Source: an uncultured Acidimicrobiia bacterium | GTDB taxonomy: Bacteria > Actinomycetota > Acidimicrobiia > Acidimicrobiales > JAHEJN01 | Length of the DNA: 52,227 nucleotides | Reading direction: 5' to 3' | Assembly (NCBI GenBank): GCA_964196475.1 | Contig: CAXMUI010000035.1 | Location: forward strand, 1 to 52,227 | Shown here: positions 28,980-38,343 of the stretch, in pieces | Position numbering within the stretch: the stretch's first letter is position 1 | Layout: the number at the start of each line of letters is the position of its first letter | Notes under the pieces: generated by a model | Told to the model about the DNA's origin: nothing | What the model saw: the letters and a program-made list of their open reading frames with translations, nothing else | Database searches by the model: none | Made by a program: the position numbers and the translations under genes

Positions 28980-30080
28980 CTAGAAGTCAAGGTGACGGAG
29001 ACAGCTATCGGTCCCGTCGTCGCCGGCCACGTACCCATCAGGGCAAATGGTGCTGCGCCACGATGCATCGGCGAGGTCAGCCCCGAAGAACAACGCACCG
29101 GTAAGGTCGGCGCCATCAAAGGTTGAGCCTCTGAGGTTCGAGCCCGAAAAGTCACCAAAAGTGGCGACCACGTTGGTGAAGTTGGTGTTCGCCATATCGG
29201 CCTCCCACATCCCAATCCCATCCATGGCGGCACCCGTGAAGTCGGGCCCCTCAAATATGGCCCACACGCCGGGCAAGAAGGCTTCGGTTAGATCGGCACC
29301 GCGAAAGTCGGCGAATGACAGTTGCGAACCCGACATATAGGCATCTTGCAACGAGGCTTCCGAGAAACGGGCGCCGTTAAAGTCGCCTCGGATAAGGTCT
29401 TGAGAGTCCAGGTTTTCCGCCGCAAAGTCAAGACCGGCCACAACAACAGGATCGTCGGGCAACGTAAGTTGAGCGAGCAAGCTACTTTCCGCATCGGGGC
29501 ATAGTCCCGACTTCCACCCGTCCTCGTAAACGAATGGAACCGGAAAGCTAGACCCTTCTAACCCGAGGGCACGGACAACAGCCAGGTTGTCGCTAATGAT
29601 CACTGGATCATCCCAACCTCGGTTCGTGAAGTCAATGGGTTCGACTAACTCGTCGACGGAAAACTGGTCAAGTTGGGCTTCGCACCCACTCCATGTAGCA
29701 CCCATGACGTCGGCCATTTGGCTACGCCGAACCGCCCCGAAATATTCTTCAACGGCAACCGCAAAGGCGAAGAATCGCGACGAAGGCCCATCCGATCCAA
29801 AAACCGATGGCGGCACCGCGACCGGTGTCGGTAGCACCGGGACCGGGGCGATCGGCGGCAAGGTGATGCTGGAGTCGTCGCGCAACTCTTCGATTGTTCG
29901 CGACGAACTGGCCTGGACGAGCACTGTGGTGAGCAGACCTAACCCAACCATTGCCAGAACAATGATGCCCGCGGGGTGTTGCCACCAATGCGGATGATCA
30001 GTCGAGTCCGGCTCAGTCGGGGTCATGGGTTCGCAGGTTACAACGCCTTCGAACCGCAGTTGTTGCACCGCCTCGCTCAA
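28980..30080 (-). CDS. membrane-anchored pentapeptide repeat protein
   Basis: One TM helix (GIIVLAMVGLGLLTTVLV). The C-terminal half is made of A(D/N)LxX-type pentapeptide repeats (FRGADLTEAFL, GSNLRGSTFDGADLTGALFFGADLADASW). An alternative start is ATG 30026. Confidence 0.8.
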   Translation of the reverse strand: MSEAVQQLRFEGVVTCEPMTPTEPDSTDHPHWWQHPAGIIVLAMVGLGLLTTVLVQASSSRTIEELRDDSSITLPPIAPVPVLPTPVAVPPSVFGSDGPSSRFFAFAVAVEEYFGAVRRSQMADVMGATWSGCEAQLDQFSVDELVEPIDFTNRGWDDPVIISDNLAVVRALGLEGSSFPVPFVYEDGWKSGLCPDAESSLLAQLTLPDDPVVVAGLDFAAENLDSQDLIRGDFNGARFSEASLQDAYMSGSQLSFADFRGADLTEAFLPGVWAIFEGPDFTGAAMDGIGMWEADMANTNFTNVVATFGDFSGSNLRGSTFDGADLTGALFFGADLADASWRSTICPDGYVAGDDGTDSCLRHLDF

Positions 30081-30099
30081 AGTTGCCTACAGTCTGGCT

Positions 30100-30396
30100 A
30101 TGACCGACAACCCTCCACCGGAAGGCTGGTACCCCGACCCCTTCGGACGATACCGTAAACGGTTCTGGGACGGTGCCCGCTGGACCTCACGGGTGACAAA
30201 TGGAACCTCCGTCGGTATCGATCAACCTGGCCTCGAGACTGTTCCGGCCGGCGACGTCATGTTTGAAAGGGCCATACCAATTCAGGACGTAACCCAGCCC
30301 CTGGCAGCCCGAAATGTCGGCTTGCAGATTGCATTAACTTTGAGTGCAGTTCTATTCGTCGGACTCGCTGTTTTGGCGGTCATGTCCGTTCTTTAG
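30100..30396 (+). CDS. DUF2510-like membrane protein
   Basis: N-terminal GWYPDPFGRYRKRFWDGARWT motif and a C-terminal TM helix. Start taken at the internal ATG 30100 of track ORF 30025..30396. Confidence 0.7.
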   Translation: MTDNPPPEGWYPDPFGRYRKRFWDGARWTSRVTNGTSVGIDQPGLETVPAGDVMFERAIPIQDVTQPLAARNVGLQIALTLSAVLFVGLAVLAVMSVL

Positions 30397-30420
30397 CAAT
30401 GAGCATGGCACCATAGGTTC

Positions 30421-30762
30421 ATGAGCGAACGCAACGTCCCTTTCGGCCTGCTCAAGTGGATCGCCGATAGCGCAGCGGACTTCGAGCCTCCGGTCGCCAA
30501 CAAGGTCATTTGGAAAGACAGCCATTTTATCTTCATGGTCGTGAGCGGCCCTAATGCTCGCTCCGATGTTCATATTGACCCTCGCGATGAGATCTTTTAT
30601 CAACTGAAGGGCGATGTCCGGGTCGACAACATCGAAACCGAACTCAAGGACGCCATCAACACGTTCAACAGCGACGACTCACTCCGCACTTGCAATCGAT
30701 TCGGTCATCAGAATGTCGTTCCTGGCCCGTTTCAATTCGAAAACCCTAACGGTGCGGAATAA
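30421..30762 (+). CDS. 3-hydroxyanthranilate 3,4-dioxygenase-like protein with in-frame internal deletion (probable relic)
   Basis: The N-terminal 65 aa (PFGLLKWI...PPVANKVIWKDSHFIFMVVSGPNARSDVHIDPRDEIFYQLKGD) match the HAAO cupin start. The tail (ELKD...FNSDDSLRTCNRFG) resembles the HAAO C-terminus. The central region with the HSPQR metal-ligand His is absent. Confidence 0.6.
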   Translation: MSERNVPFGLLKWIADSAADFEPPVANKVIWKDSHFIFMVVSGPNARSDVHIDPRDEIFYQLKGDVRVDNIETELKDAINTFNSDDSLRTCNRFGHQNVVPGPFQFENPNGAE

Positions 30763-30789
30763 TGGGCCCCCTTAGGGCGAAGAGCAGCG

Positions 30790-31956
30790 TTAGGACAAGA
30801 ACGGGCGTGGGTCAGTCAGGTTGCCGTTGACGCGTACTTCGAAGTGGAGGTGAGGTCCTGTTGATAGTCCCGTGCTGCCGACAAGTCCAATGAGTTCGCC
30901 GGTCTCGACCTTCTCGCCGACACGGACGTCGATCTGTGACATGTGGGCATAGAGGCTAGTAATCCCCCCTGCGTGCATCACGATGACAGCGTTGCCGTAG
31001 CCACCGTTCCAACCGGCCAGAATTACTTCGCCTTCCTTTGAAGACCAGATACCTTGACCTTGCGCACCCCCGATATCAAGTCCGTTGTGGTTACGGACGT
31101 ACCCAAGAATGGGATGCAGGCGCGGCCCAAATCCACTGCCGAGTGATCCCGCAGTAGGCCAGACCCACCCTTGTGCGGACTCAACACCAGGTTGAGCGTT
31201 GCCGCCGATTCCGGCCAGTTCGAGTTGGCGACGTCGAATAAACTCGCTCAAGTCACGCTCATCTTGTTCGAAGCCATCCAACTGATTTTCCCAATTGGCA
31301 ATACGAGTTTCCATCGCTGACGAGAGTTCGTCTTGTCGCTGTACGGCGACATCAAGGTAGGCCAGTTCTTCCTCGAGTTCGATTTCGAATCCTTGGGCTG
31401 CGGCGACGGCGGCTTCTGACTGAGCAACCAATGCCTCTAGGTCTTCTTGCGCACCGCGCAGTATGTCCATCGTGTCGCCTGCGCTTCGGCCCAATGAGGC
31501 CAAAATCGCATTTCGCCGGGCGGTCTCGTTTAGGTCCGACGAGGAGATCCATGACTCGTCGTCATCAGAGGGAATGCTCACATAGGTTTCGATTGCGAAG
31601 GCTTGCACGGCACCTTGCAAGTCGGTGATGTCTTGACTGGCCCATTCCAGTGCAACTCCGGTTCGGTAGGCCTCTGATTCGGCCAGCGACAGCTCGAATG
31701 CTGCGGTCTCTACCCGGGCCTGTTGGGCGGCCACTAACTCGTTTGCCGCCGCAAGAGCCAACTTGATATCTTCATCAGCAGCCTCCAGAACGTCGAGGTT
31801 CGACTGCACATCGAGTTGCGCTCGCCGGGCCGATTCCCGGTCATCTTTGGCATCGGAAATACTCTCCTGGGCAAGCGCTGGCGCGGTCAAAGACGCAACA
31901 ACGATCACTAAGAGGACGGCGCCTAAATGCTGAAGTCGATACTGGGTTTTTGTCAT
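30790..31956 (-). CDS. M23 family metallopeptidase with N-terminal coiled coil (murein endopeptidase-like)
   Basis: Signal/TM N-terminus, a long Ala/Glu/Leu-rich coiled coil, and a C-terminal HNGLDIG...YAHMS...GSTGLSTGPHLHFEV LytM-type domain. Confidence 0.9.
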   Translation of the reverse strand: MTKTQYRLQHLGAVLLVIVVASLTAPALAQESISDAKDDRESARRAQLDVQSNLDVLEAADEDIKLALAAANELVAAQQARVETAAFELSLAESEAYRTGVALEWASQDITDLQGAVQAFAIETYVSIPSDDDESWISSSDLNETARRNAILASLGRSAGDTMDILRGAQEDLEALVAQSEAAVAAAQGFEIELEEELAYLDVAVQRQDELSSAMETRIANWENQLDGFEQDERDLSEFIRRRQLELAGIGGNAQPGVESAQGWVWPTAGSLGSGFGPRLHPILGYVRNHNGLDIGGAQGQGIWSSKEGEVILAGWNGGYGNAVIVMHAGGITSLYAHMSQIDVRVGEKVETGELIGLVGSTGLSTGPHLHFEVRVNGNLTDPRPFLS

Positions 31957-32119
31957 GGGTACGCGTTAAGCAGGTTCGGCCCGCTTTTTGCCCCAGTGAC
32001 CAGAAAGAATAGTAGCTCCCCTAGGTCCGAAATGGAAGGGGCAACACGAAAGTCCGCGTGGTGCGCCCAAGAATTGTTGGCGGCATGATGAATGGGAATT
32101 TCCGGTGGAGGTCGGAGCT

Positions 32120-33286
32120 ATGGCTGACAAACCAAAAAAGCAATATCACGTGCCCGCTCCGGGTTCCGAGCCGGCGCCTTCTCTGCCAGCTGCATCCGAT
32201 GACCCTGCCGCGTCGGTATTCAACGTGCCGACCCATGATGCCGTACCTTCATCCACCCCAGGTCCTGAGCCATTCGCTCCGCCCACCGTCGAAGCCCCCG
32301 CTCCACCGCCGCCGGACGCACCAAATGGACGAAGGCCAAGACGTCCTCACCGCTGGCGTCGGAGGATAGGAGTCCTATTAGCACTCATCATTGTTCTCAG
32401 CGTCGGTGGGGGCCTGATCGCGGCCAACGTATTGTGGGGGCGTGTGGAGCACGTTGCCGTCACCAATTTGAGTACGGACACTGCAGCGGGTACGAACTAT
32501 CTCATTGTCGGCACCGATTCCCGTGCCGGCGTCGATCCAAACGTCGAGACCGCGGGCGGTATCTTCGGCAGCGATCCTGGTTCCTTCGCTGGTGAAAGAA
32601 CCGACACGATCCTCATCATGCGGGTCACCCCGTCAGGAACCAAGTTCTTGTCACTGAATCGCGATCTTTGGCTACCGATTGTTGGTGGCGGTGAGCAGCG
32701 CATTAATACCGCTTTCTCCGGTGGACCCCAACGGCTTGTTGACACCATTCAGCAAAGCCTCGGCGTACCCCTTCACCACTACATGGAAGTAGACTTTGCC
32801 GGGTTCCTGGGCATGGTCGAAGCATTGGGCGGCATAGATATCACCGTCGAAAATCCCGCTTTTGACCGCAAGACCGGCCTCGACATACCAACCGCGGGTC
32901 TAGTCCACCTTGACGCAACGCAAGCTCTGGCCTACGTGCGAACGCGTACCTATACCGAGATCATCAACGGTCAAGAGGTACGAGACCCATCGTCTGACTT
33001 CGGTCGCGTGCTCCGACAACAAGCGTTTTTGCGGGCCACCTTCGCCGAGGTTGGTAGCACGCGTAATCCTGTCACGTTGCTCAAAGCTGCCAATGCCTTA
33101 GCGGGCAACGTTCGGATTGATGATTCAATGAGCATGTGGGAGGCGGCGCAGTTTGGTCGGAGCCTCCGGGGCCTCAATCCGGAAACAGTAGAGTTGCCGG
33201 TGTTTGATTTCACCGGACCCAATGGCGAAGCCGTGCTCGGGCTAGCCGACGCCGCCGACGCAGTCTTGGAACAATTTCGGTCATAA
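32120..33286 (+). CDS. LytR-CpsA-Psr (LCP) family protein
   Basis: Pro-rich cytoplasmic N-terminus, a TM helix, then LIVGTDSR, RTDTILIMRV, LSLNRDLW and INTAF LCP motifs. ATG 32120 is preferred over the track GTG 32105. Confidence 0.9.
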   Translation: MADKPKKQYHVPAPGSEPAPSLPAASDDPAASVFNVPTHDAVPSSTPGPEPFAPPTVEAPAPPPPDAPNGRRPRRPHRWRRRIGVLLALIIVLSVGGGLIAANVLWGRVEHVAVTNLSTDTAAGTNYLIVGTDSRAGVDPNVETAGGIFGSDPGSFAGERTDTILIMRVTPSGTKFLSLNRDLWLPIVGGGEQRINTAFSGGPQRLVDTIQQSLGVPLHHYMEVDFAGFLGMVEALGGIDITVENPAFDRKTGLDIPTAGLVHLDATQALAYVRTRTYTEIINGQEVRDPSSDFGRVLRQQAFLRATFAEVGSTRNPVTLLKAANALAGNVRIDDSMSMWEAAQFGRSLRGLNPETVELPVFDFTGPNGEAVLGLADAADAVLEQFRS

Positions 33287-33297
33287 CGAGGAACTCG

Positions 33298-33690
33298 ATG
33301 AATAACAATCGCCCCATCAATCCCCAATCCATCGGGGCACCAGCAGCCCGGTACCACCATGCCGTTCTCACCCAAGCTGGTTCCCGGATGCTTCACACCT
33401 CCGGCGTCGTTCCTGTATCGGTCGACGGCTCGGTTCCGAACGAACTTGCCGTTCAAGCGGAACTAGTTTGGAGCAATATCGGCGCCATGTTGGTGCACGC
33501 AGAAATGTCATTTTCCGACATCGTCTCGGTCACGACTTACGTGGTCGTTGGCGAACCGCTCGGGCCAGTCATGGCGGCACGTGACAAAGCCCTAGCCGAC
33601 CATATAGCTGCATCGACGCTGGTCACGGTACCTGCTTTGGCTCAGCCTGCCTGGCGGATGGAAGTTGCCGTCATCGCCGCGTCAATCTAA
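33298..33690 (+). CDS. RidA/YjgF family protein
   Basis: 130 aa with the typical YjgF/RidA fold length and pattern (HTSGVVP, VTTYV, RMEVAVIA). Confidence 0.8.
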   Translation: MNNNRPINPQSIGAPAARYHHAVLTQAGSRMLHTSGVVPVSVDGSVPNELAVQAELVWSNIGAMLVHAEMSFSDIVSVTTYVVVGEPLGPVMAARDKALADHIAASTLVTVPALAQPAWRMEVAVIAASI

Positions 33691-33760
33691 CCGGAGCGGG
33701 CCGCACCGAAGCCCGGCCCCATGCCGCACGCCACACCTATCCATCGGCAATACTTACACC

Positions 33761-34093
33761 GTGATAGCCCAAGACGAATCAGAACTAATCGATCAGTTAC
33801 CCGACGCGGTTGTCGACGGCCTACCCGCCGACATCGTGGATGGTCTCCAAGATGGCACACTCGACAAGATTCCCGAGGATGTCTTCGATGCCCTCCCCGC
33901 CAATCTTCAAGATCGCACCCCAGAGGGCCTAATCGACTTCGCTTCCACCAACCCTAAGTTCACTGCCATCTTGATCGTGGTCGGCGTGCTATCCGTAATT
34001 GGTTTTGGCTACGGAGTATCGAAGGCCGCCATGAAGGCCTCGATGTTCTTCGCCATAGTGGGGGCCGTCGCCTGGTTCTGGCTACTGAAATAG
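33761..34093 (+). CDS. small membrane-anchored protein with acidic LPxDxVDGL-like repeats
   Basis: GTG 33761 is in frame with track ORF 33665..34093. Repeats are LPDAVVDGL, PADIVDGL, IPEDVFDAL and PANLQD. There are two C-terminal TM helices. Confidence 0.45.
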   Translation: MIAQDESELIDQLPDAVVDGLPADIVDGLQDGTLDKIPEDVFDALPANLQDRTPEGLIDFASTNPKFTAILIVVGVLSVIGFGYGVSKAAMKASMFFAIVGAVAWFWLLK

Positions 34094-34232
34094 TGACCTG
34101 TTCTGCGGGCGAATTGCAGTCCGGGGCACGTACTGGACCTTTGCAAATCAATACTTGCAGTGGTCAATAGCTGATAGCACCTTCAGCACCGCTGTGCTCT
34201 AGAGTTGTCCACTGGCCAACGAGGAGATCACT

Positions 34233-35087
34233 ATGAAAATTGGCGTCTACATCTTTCCGACTGATGAGAGCATTCAGCCGATCGAATTAGCCAAGGCCGT
34301 GGAGGAGCGCGGCCTTGAGTCGCTGTTCTTTCCTGAGCACAGCCATATCCCAACCTCTCGGGCTACACCTTGGGGTGGCCGAAAGGGCGCTCCCGATCTT
34401 CCTCCGGAGTACTGGCGTAGCCACGATCAGTTTGTTGCCCTTGGCGCCGCGGCCGCCGTCACAAGCACCATAAAATTGGGCACCGGCATCTGTCTGGTAG
34501 CCCAGAGAGATCCGATCTATACGGCGAAGGCGGTTGCTTCCCTTGATGTGATCAGCGAAGGCCGGGCTGTGTTTGGTATTGGCTACGGCTGGAACAAAGA
34601 AGAAATGGGCGACCACGGAACCCCCTACCTTGAGCGACGGGCCCGGCTGCGTGAATGCATCTTGTCCATGAAAGAACTCTGGACCAAAGACGAAGCCGAA
34701 TTTCATGGCGAGCACGTCAACTTCGACAAATCTTGGCAGTGGCCCAAGCCAACGCAGTCACCCCATCCGCCGATCATCATGGGGGGCAGCGCCGGTCCCA
34801 AGACCATCGCCGATATTGTCGAGTTCTGTGACGGGTGGATGCCCATTGCACTGGGTCGTCCGGTTGACCAAATGTTTGAACAAGTACGCGAGGCCGCGGA
34901 AGCAGAAGGGCGCTCACGCGACACGTTGCAGTTTGGTGCTTTCGGTGGTGCTGGCGACCCCGAGGTGCTCAGCGAACTGGTCGAAGCCGGAGCGAATCGT
35001 GTTGTGCTGACCCTCCCCCAGGCCGGAGCGGACGACGTCTTGCCAGTCTTGGACAAGTACGCAGCCTTGATTGATACGTACGCCTAG
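34233..35087 (+). CDS. LLM-class (luciferase-like) F420-dependent oxidoreductase
   Basis: 284 aa. GAGGAG RBS upstream. Motifs FFPEHSHIP and GIGYGWNKEEM are typical of the actinobacterial LLM family. Confidence 0.85.
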   Translation: MKIGVYIFPTDESIQPIELAKAVEERGLESLFFPEHSHIPTSRATPWGGRKGAPDLPPEYWRSHDQFVALGAAAAVTSTIKLGTGICLVAQRDPIYTAKAVASLDVISEGRAVFGIGYGWNKEEMGDHGTPYLERRARLRECILSMKELWTKDEAEFHGEHVNFDKSWQWPKPTQSPHPPIIMGGSAGPKTIADIVEFCDGWMPIALGRPVDQMFEQVREAAEAEGRSRDTLQFGAFGGAGDPEVLSELVEAGANRVVLTLPQAGADDVLPVLDKYAALIDTYA

Positions 35088-35143
35088 TTTGGCCTCGACC
35101 GCCGCCGATCACCTTTCGGTGAAGGGTGTGCCAACGGTATGAG

Positions 35144-36760
35144 CTAGTCAACATCGTTCACAAAAACCAACACATCGCGATCCAACTCTGGCCTCGGCTC
35201 TTCTCGATAGCCGGCTTGTTCCAGTCGGTCGCGAAAGGCGTCACGGTAGTCAGTTCCCGGAAAGTAGTCTCCGGCGATCAAGATCACCTTGTCGTATCCA
35301 ACGATTCGGGCACCGACAAGCGATTCGAGGTAGTCGACGCCCCAAGAATCAGACGCCCATGGCAGTCCGTAAACAGCCGCATTAATAGGATGAGCCGACT
35401 CAATGGGGTTCACCCAGGTCAATGACTCAGCGTCCTCAAAGATCCATTCGCCGTCGATATCGCTAAAGAAATCACGGTTTCGGCCCATCATGTGGTACGG
35501 CTCAACGAGAACCACGATGTCAGAATCTGTTGCTTGTTCGTTCACCCATGCAGTCGCACTCTGCCAGTTGTCTGTGGATCCTGCGGATACTGCAAATACT
35601 AGTAACCCAAAGGCAGCCGCTCCCGCTGTTGCAGCCAACCGAATACGTGCTACTGAAATGCTGCCGAGCACCAACGCGAGAACGATGGATGCTGGAGCGA
35701 GAGCAGTCGAAACATAACGAGGGGTAAACACGCCGAGGCCGGTGGATCTTGCTACCGAAAAACTCAACAGCACCGGTAGTACCGCCGCTATCACGATGTA
35801 CACCGCTTCATCACCGAAGGCTCCCAAGGACTTCGCCGATGACCCCGGCTCTGGCTTAGCGACAAATCGGGTCCACGCAAGCGCCAAGAACACAATAAGC
35901 AAAACGGGGATAGACACCAAACGCTCCAAGGCCGACCCAAATGTAGGAGTCGAGAGCGGTGTAAAATTACTGGTATCGCCCACTAGGAAAACCAACGACC
36001 GGACCAGTGGCGCCAATACGACTACCGCCATAGTTATTGGCGCCACCCACTCGGACTTCAGACTTCCCCCGCGGCGGAGACGAAGAACTATTGCGAACCC
36101 CACGGCGATTACCGCGAAACCTGCCAGAACATGCAAATTCACCGCAACGCCACACCAAAAAACAGCTAACACCGAGTGGCGATTGCGGCCATCGCGGATC
36201 CACCGAATGGCATACAGATGTGCCAACATGATGCACATAATCAATAGCCCATAGGAACGAGCATTGCTCGCGGTCGCTATCACGGTGGAAGTCGTGCAGA
36301 AGATCGTCACGCTAATCCATCCGACCGTACGGCCAGCGATTTGCTCCGCAACGCGAAACATAACGACTCCGGTAATCACCACACCGATCACGCTCGGCAT
36401 TCGCAACGCCCACGGCGCCGTACCTGCGACCTGTGTCCACAGCCACATAATCGTCGCGAATAATGGAAGCCTGCTACCGAAGGTGCTTACACGTGACCAG
36501 TATTGGTTCCAATCGCCTTCGACATACCAAAGTGTGGTCATTTCATCGCCCCAAAGCGGACGGGTCAAATGGATGTAGAGCCATGGCACCATGGCAACCA
36601 AGACGACCATTACGAGAATCCGGTGCCACACAGCAGCACGACTCAAGTCCCGTCCACCAAAAGAGTCAACCTCGGTCGCGATCGGGTCCGTGAATTCCAT
36701 AGCCTTCCTATCGGCCAAATGACCGCCAATGTAAGGCGCCGTACAACAACAAGAAACCAA
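35144..36760 (-). CDS. polytopic membrane protein, GT-C / glycosyltransferase family 39-like
   Basis: About 11 TM helices with the early loop motif PLWGDEMTTLWYV, followed by a roughly 130 aa extracytoplasmic C-terminal domain. The family call is from architecture only. Confidence 0.6.
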   Translation of the reverse strand: MVSCCCTAPYIGGHLADRKAMEFTDPIATEVDSFGGRDLSRAAVWHRILVMVVLVAMVPWLYIHLTRPLWGDEMTTLWYVEGDWNQYWSRVSTFGSRLPLFATIMWLWTQVAGTAPWALRMPSVIGVVITGVVMFRVAEQIAGRTVGWISVTIFCTTSTVIATASNARSYGLLIMCIMLAHLYAIRWIRDGRNRHSVLAVFWCGVAVNLHVLAGFAVIAVGFAIVLRLRRGGSLKSEWVAPITMAVVVLAPLVRSLVFLVGDTSNFTPLSTPTFGSALERLVSIPVLLIVFLALAWTRFVAKPEPGSSAKSLGAFGDEAVYIVIAAVLPVLLSFSVARSTGLGVFTPRYVSTALAPASIVLALVLGSISVARIRLAATAGAAAFGLLVFAVSAGSTDNWQSATAWVNEQATDSDIVVLVEPYHMMGRNRDFFSDIDGEWIFEDAESLTWVNPIESAHPINAAVYGLPWASDSWGVDYLESLVGARIVGYDKVILIAGDYFPGTDYRDAFRDRLEQAGYREEPRPELDRDVLVFVNDVD

Positions 36761-36787
36761 GCCTCGCCGAAGTCAGTGGCATCCCGG

Positions 36788-37513
36788 TCAGCCCATTTTC
36801 CAGCCGCCATCCACGATGAGGGTATGGCCAGTTATGAAGCGTGCGTCTTCGCCGCAAAGGAATGACAGTGCACCCGCTACGTCATCGGTGTGACCTCGGA
36901 AAGGTAGTGCCTGACCAGCAAAAATCGCCGCCTCGTAGCCGTCGGGTTGCATGTCTTCTGCAGGAGTAGGAAATGCACCCGGTGCGATGCAATTGACCCG
37001 AACGTTGTGCGGACCAAGATCGGTTGCGAGGGCACGGGTTAATGCGCCGGCCGCCCCCTTAGAGGTTGCGTAGGCGGCAATCTCTGCCCATGAACCATGC
37101 TCAGTAATTGAACCCAGGTTGACAATGACCCCTGACCGTTGCCTGATCATGTGACGAGCCGCTGCTTGAGCACAGAAGAAATAGGCCCGTTGATTGATCT
37201 GGTGCGCTGCGTCGTATTCTTCGACGGTTACATCCACAAAGGGGCCATGCGGGAAGACGGCGGCGTTGTTTACCAGCACCGCTAACTCGCGCCCCTCAGC
37301 GGCTCTATCAATAGCCGCACGGCAGGCATGAACATCGCGGACATCAAGCACGATGCCGCGGGCACCATCGACCTCTTCAACCATCTGACCCAACGAATCA
37401 GCGTCTATATCGGCCGCCACAACCTCAAACCCATCGGCCGCCAATCGGCGGACCATCGACGCTCCTAATCCTCCTGCCGCACCGGTAATGAAAGCCACGC
37501 CGCGGGCATCCAC
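36788..37513 (-). CDS. SDR family oxidoreductase
   Basis: GTG start at 37513 overlaps the upstream SDR stop (TAGTG). Motifs FITGAAGGLG, NNAA and YATSKGA. The track ORF extension to 37942 is a frame-shadow. Confidence 0.9.
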   Translation of the reverse strand: MDARGVAFITGAAGGLGASMVRRLAADGFEVVAADIDADSLGQMVEEVDGARGIVLDVRDVHACRAAIDRAAEGRELAVLVNNAAVFPHGPFVDVTVEEYDAAHQINQRAYFFCAQAAARHMIRQRSGVIVNLGSITEHGSWAEIAAYATSKGAAGALTRALATDLGPHNVRVNCIAPGAFPTPAEDMQPDGYEAAIFAGQALPFRGHTDDVAGALSFLCGEDARFITGHTLIVDGGWKMG

Positions 37514-38310
37514 TAAAAACGACCGCCATCCACGATGAACTGTTGGGCTGTACATGCGGCCCCATCGTCGGCTGCGAGAAACAGCACCATTTGCACAAAC
37601 TCGTCGGCGTATATTCGACGCTTTAACTGCTGATCCGCGAGCGTGCCCGCCTCGCCCTCGGGCGACCACCATTTGCCAATCTGGCGCTCGGTTGCGACCC
37701 ATCCCGGCGCGACCGTGTTTACCCGTACTCCGTGGGGGCCAAAGGTACGAGCCATGGTGCGGGTGAGCCCTTCTACAGCCGATTTCGCCACCGCATAACC
37801 CGGGAAGACATCTTCCTTCATCAGGTAACTGGTTGACCCAATGTTGATGATGGACCCGTGCTCGGCATCGATCATGTTGGGTCCAACCGCCTGGATGGTA
37901 AAGAAGTAATGCCGCAGATTGGTGTTCATGCGATCGTCCCAATAATCTGCGTCGATTTCGCGCCAGTCGTGGCGATCGTCATTGGCGGCATTGTTGACCA
38001 AAACGGTGATTCCGCCCAGGTCAACGAGGGCTTGTGCCATTCCCACCTGCAGTGCGTCGATGTCGACAAGATCGATCGCATAAAACCGCGGCGTGTGAGC
38101 GACACCATCCGCCTCTAACTCCGCCACCAAGCTACGTGCCTTGTCAGCGTTGATATCGGCGAATCCGACCTTGCTGCCTTGCCGGGCAAAGTTCTCGACC
38201 ATGGCGCGGCCGATACCGTCGGCTCCGCCTGTTACGAACACGGTACGGTCAACGAGCGACGGATAATTGGCGTATTCTGCTTCGGGAGCGGCTGTTGGGT
38301 CGATGGTCAT
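37513..38310 (-). CDS. SDR family oxidoreductase
   Basis: Motifs VTGGADGIGRA, NNAAND and YAVAKSAVEGLTR. 265 aa. Confidence 0.9.
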   Translation of the reverse strand: MTIDPTAAPEAEYANYPSLVDRTVFVTGGADGIGRAMVENFARQGSKVGFADINADKARSLVAELEADGVAHTPRFYAIDLVDIDALQVGMAQALVDLGGITVLVNNAANDDRHDWREIDADYWDDRMNTNLRHYFFTIQAVGPNMIDAEHGSIINIGSTSYLMKEDVFPGYAVAKSAVEGLTRTMARTFGPHGVRVNTVAPGWVATERQIGKWWSPEGEAGTLADQQLKRRIYADEFVQMVLFLAADDGAACTAQQFIVDGGRF

Positions 38311-38343
38311 TTGTACCTTTGGCGGACGTTGAGAATATTTTGA

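Noticed and set aside
34205-34215. TTGTCCACTGG upstream of the LLM oxidoreductase gene, matching the ATCCACTGG repeat and the actinobacterial DnaA box
   Set aside because: It is a single 8-9 nt match. An 8-mer is expected about once or twice by chance in about 104 kb of two-strand sequence.
35110-35128. Hairpin CACCUUU-CGGUG-AAGGGUG between the LLM oxidoreductase and the GT-C-like gene
   Set aside because: The stem is short (7 bp with one G-U) and has no U-tract on either strand. This is too weak to call a terminator.
37514-37942. N-terminal 143 aa extension of track ORF 36788..37942
   Set aside because: The extension overlaps the upstream SDR gene in another frame and is Arg/Gly/His-rich. 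The GTG at 37513, overlapping the upstream stop (TAGTG), gives a canonical 242 aa SDR beginning just before the TGxxxGxG motif.
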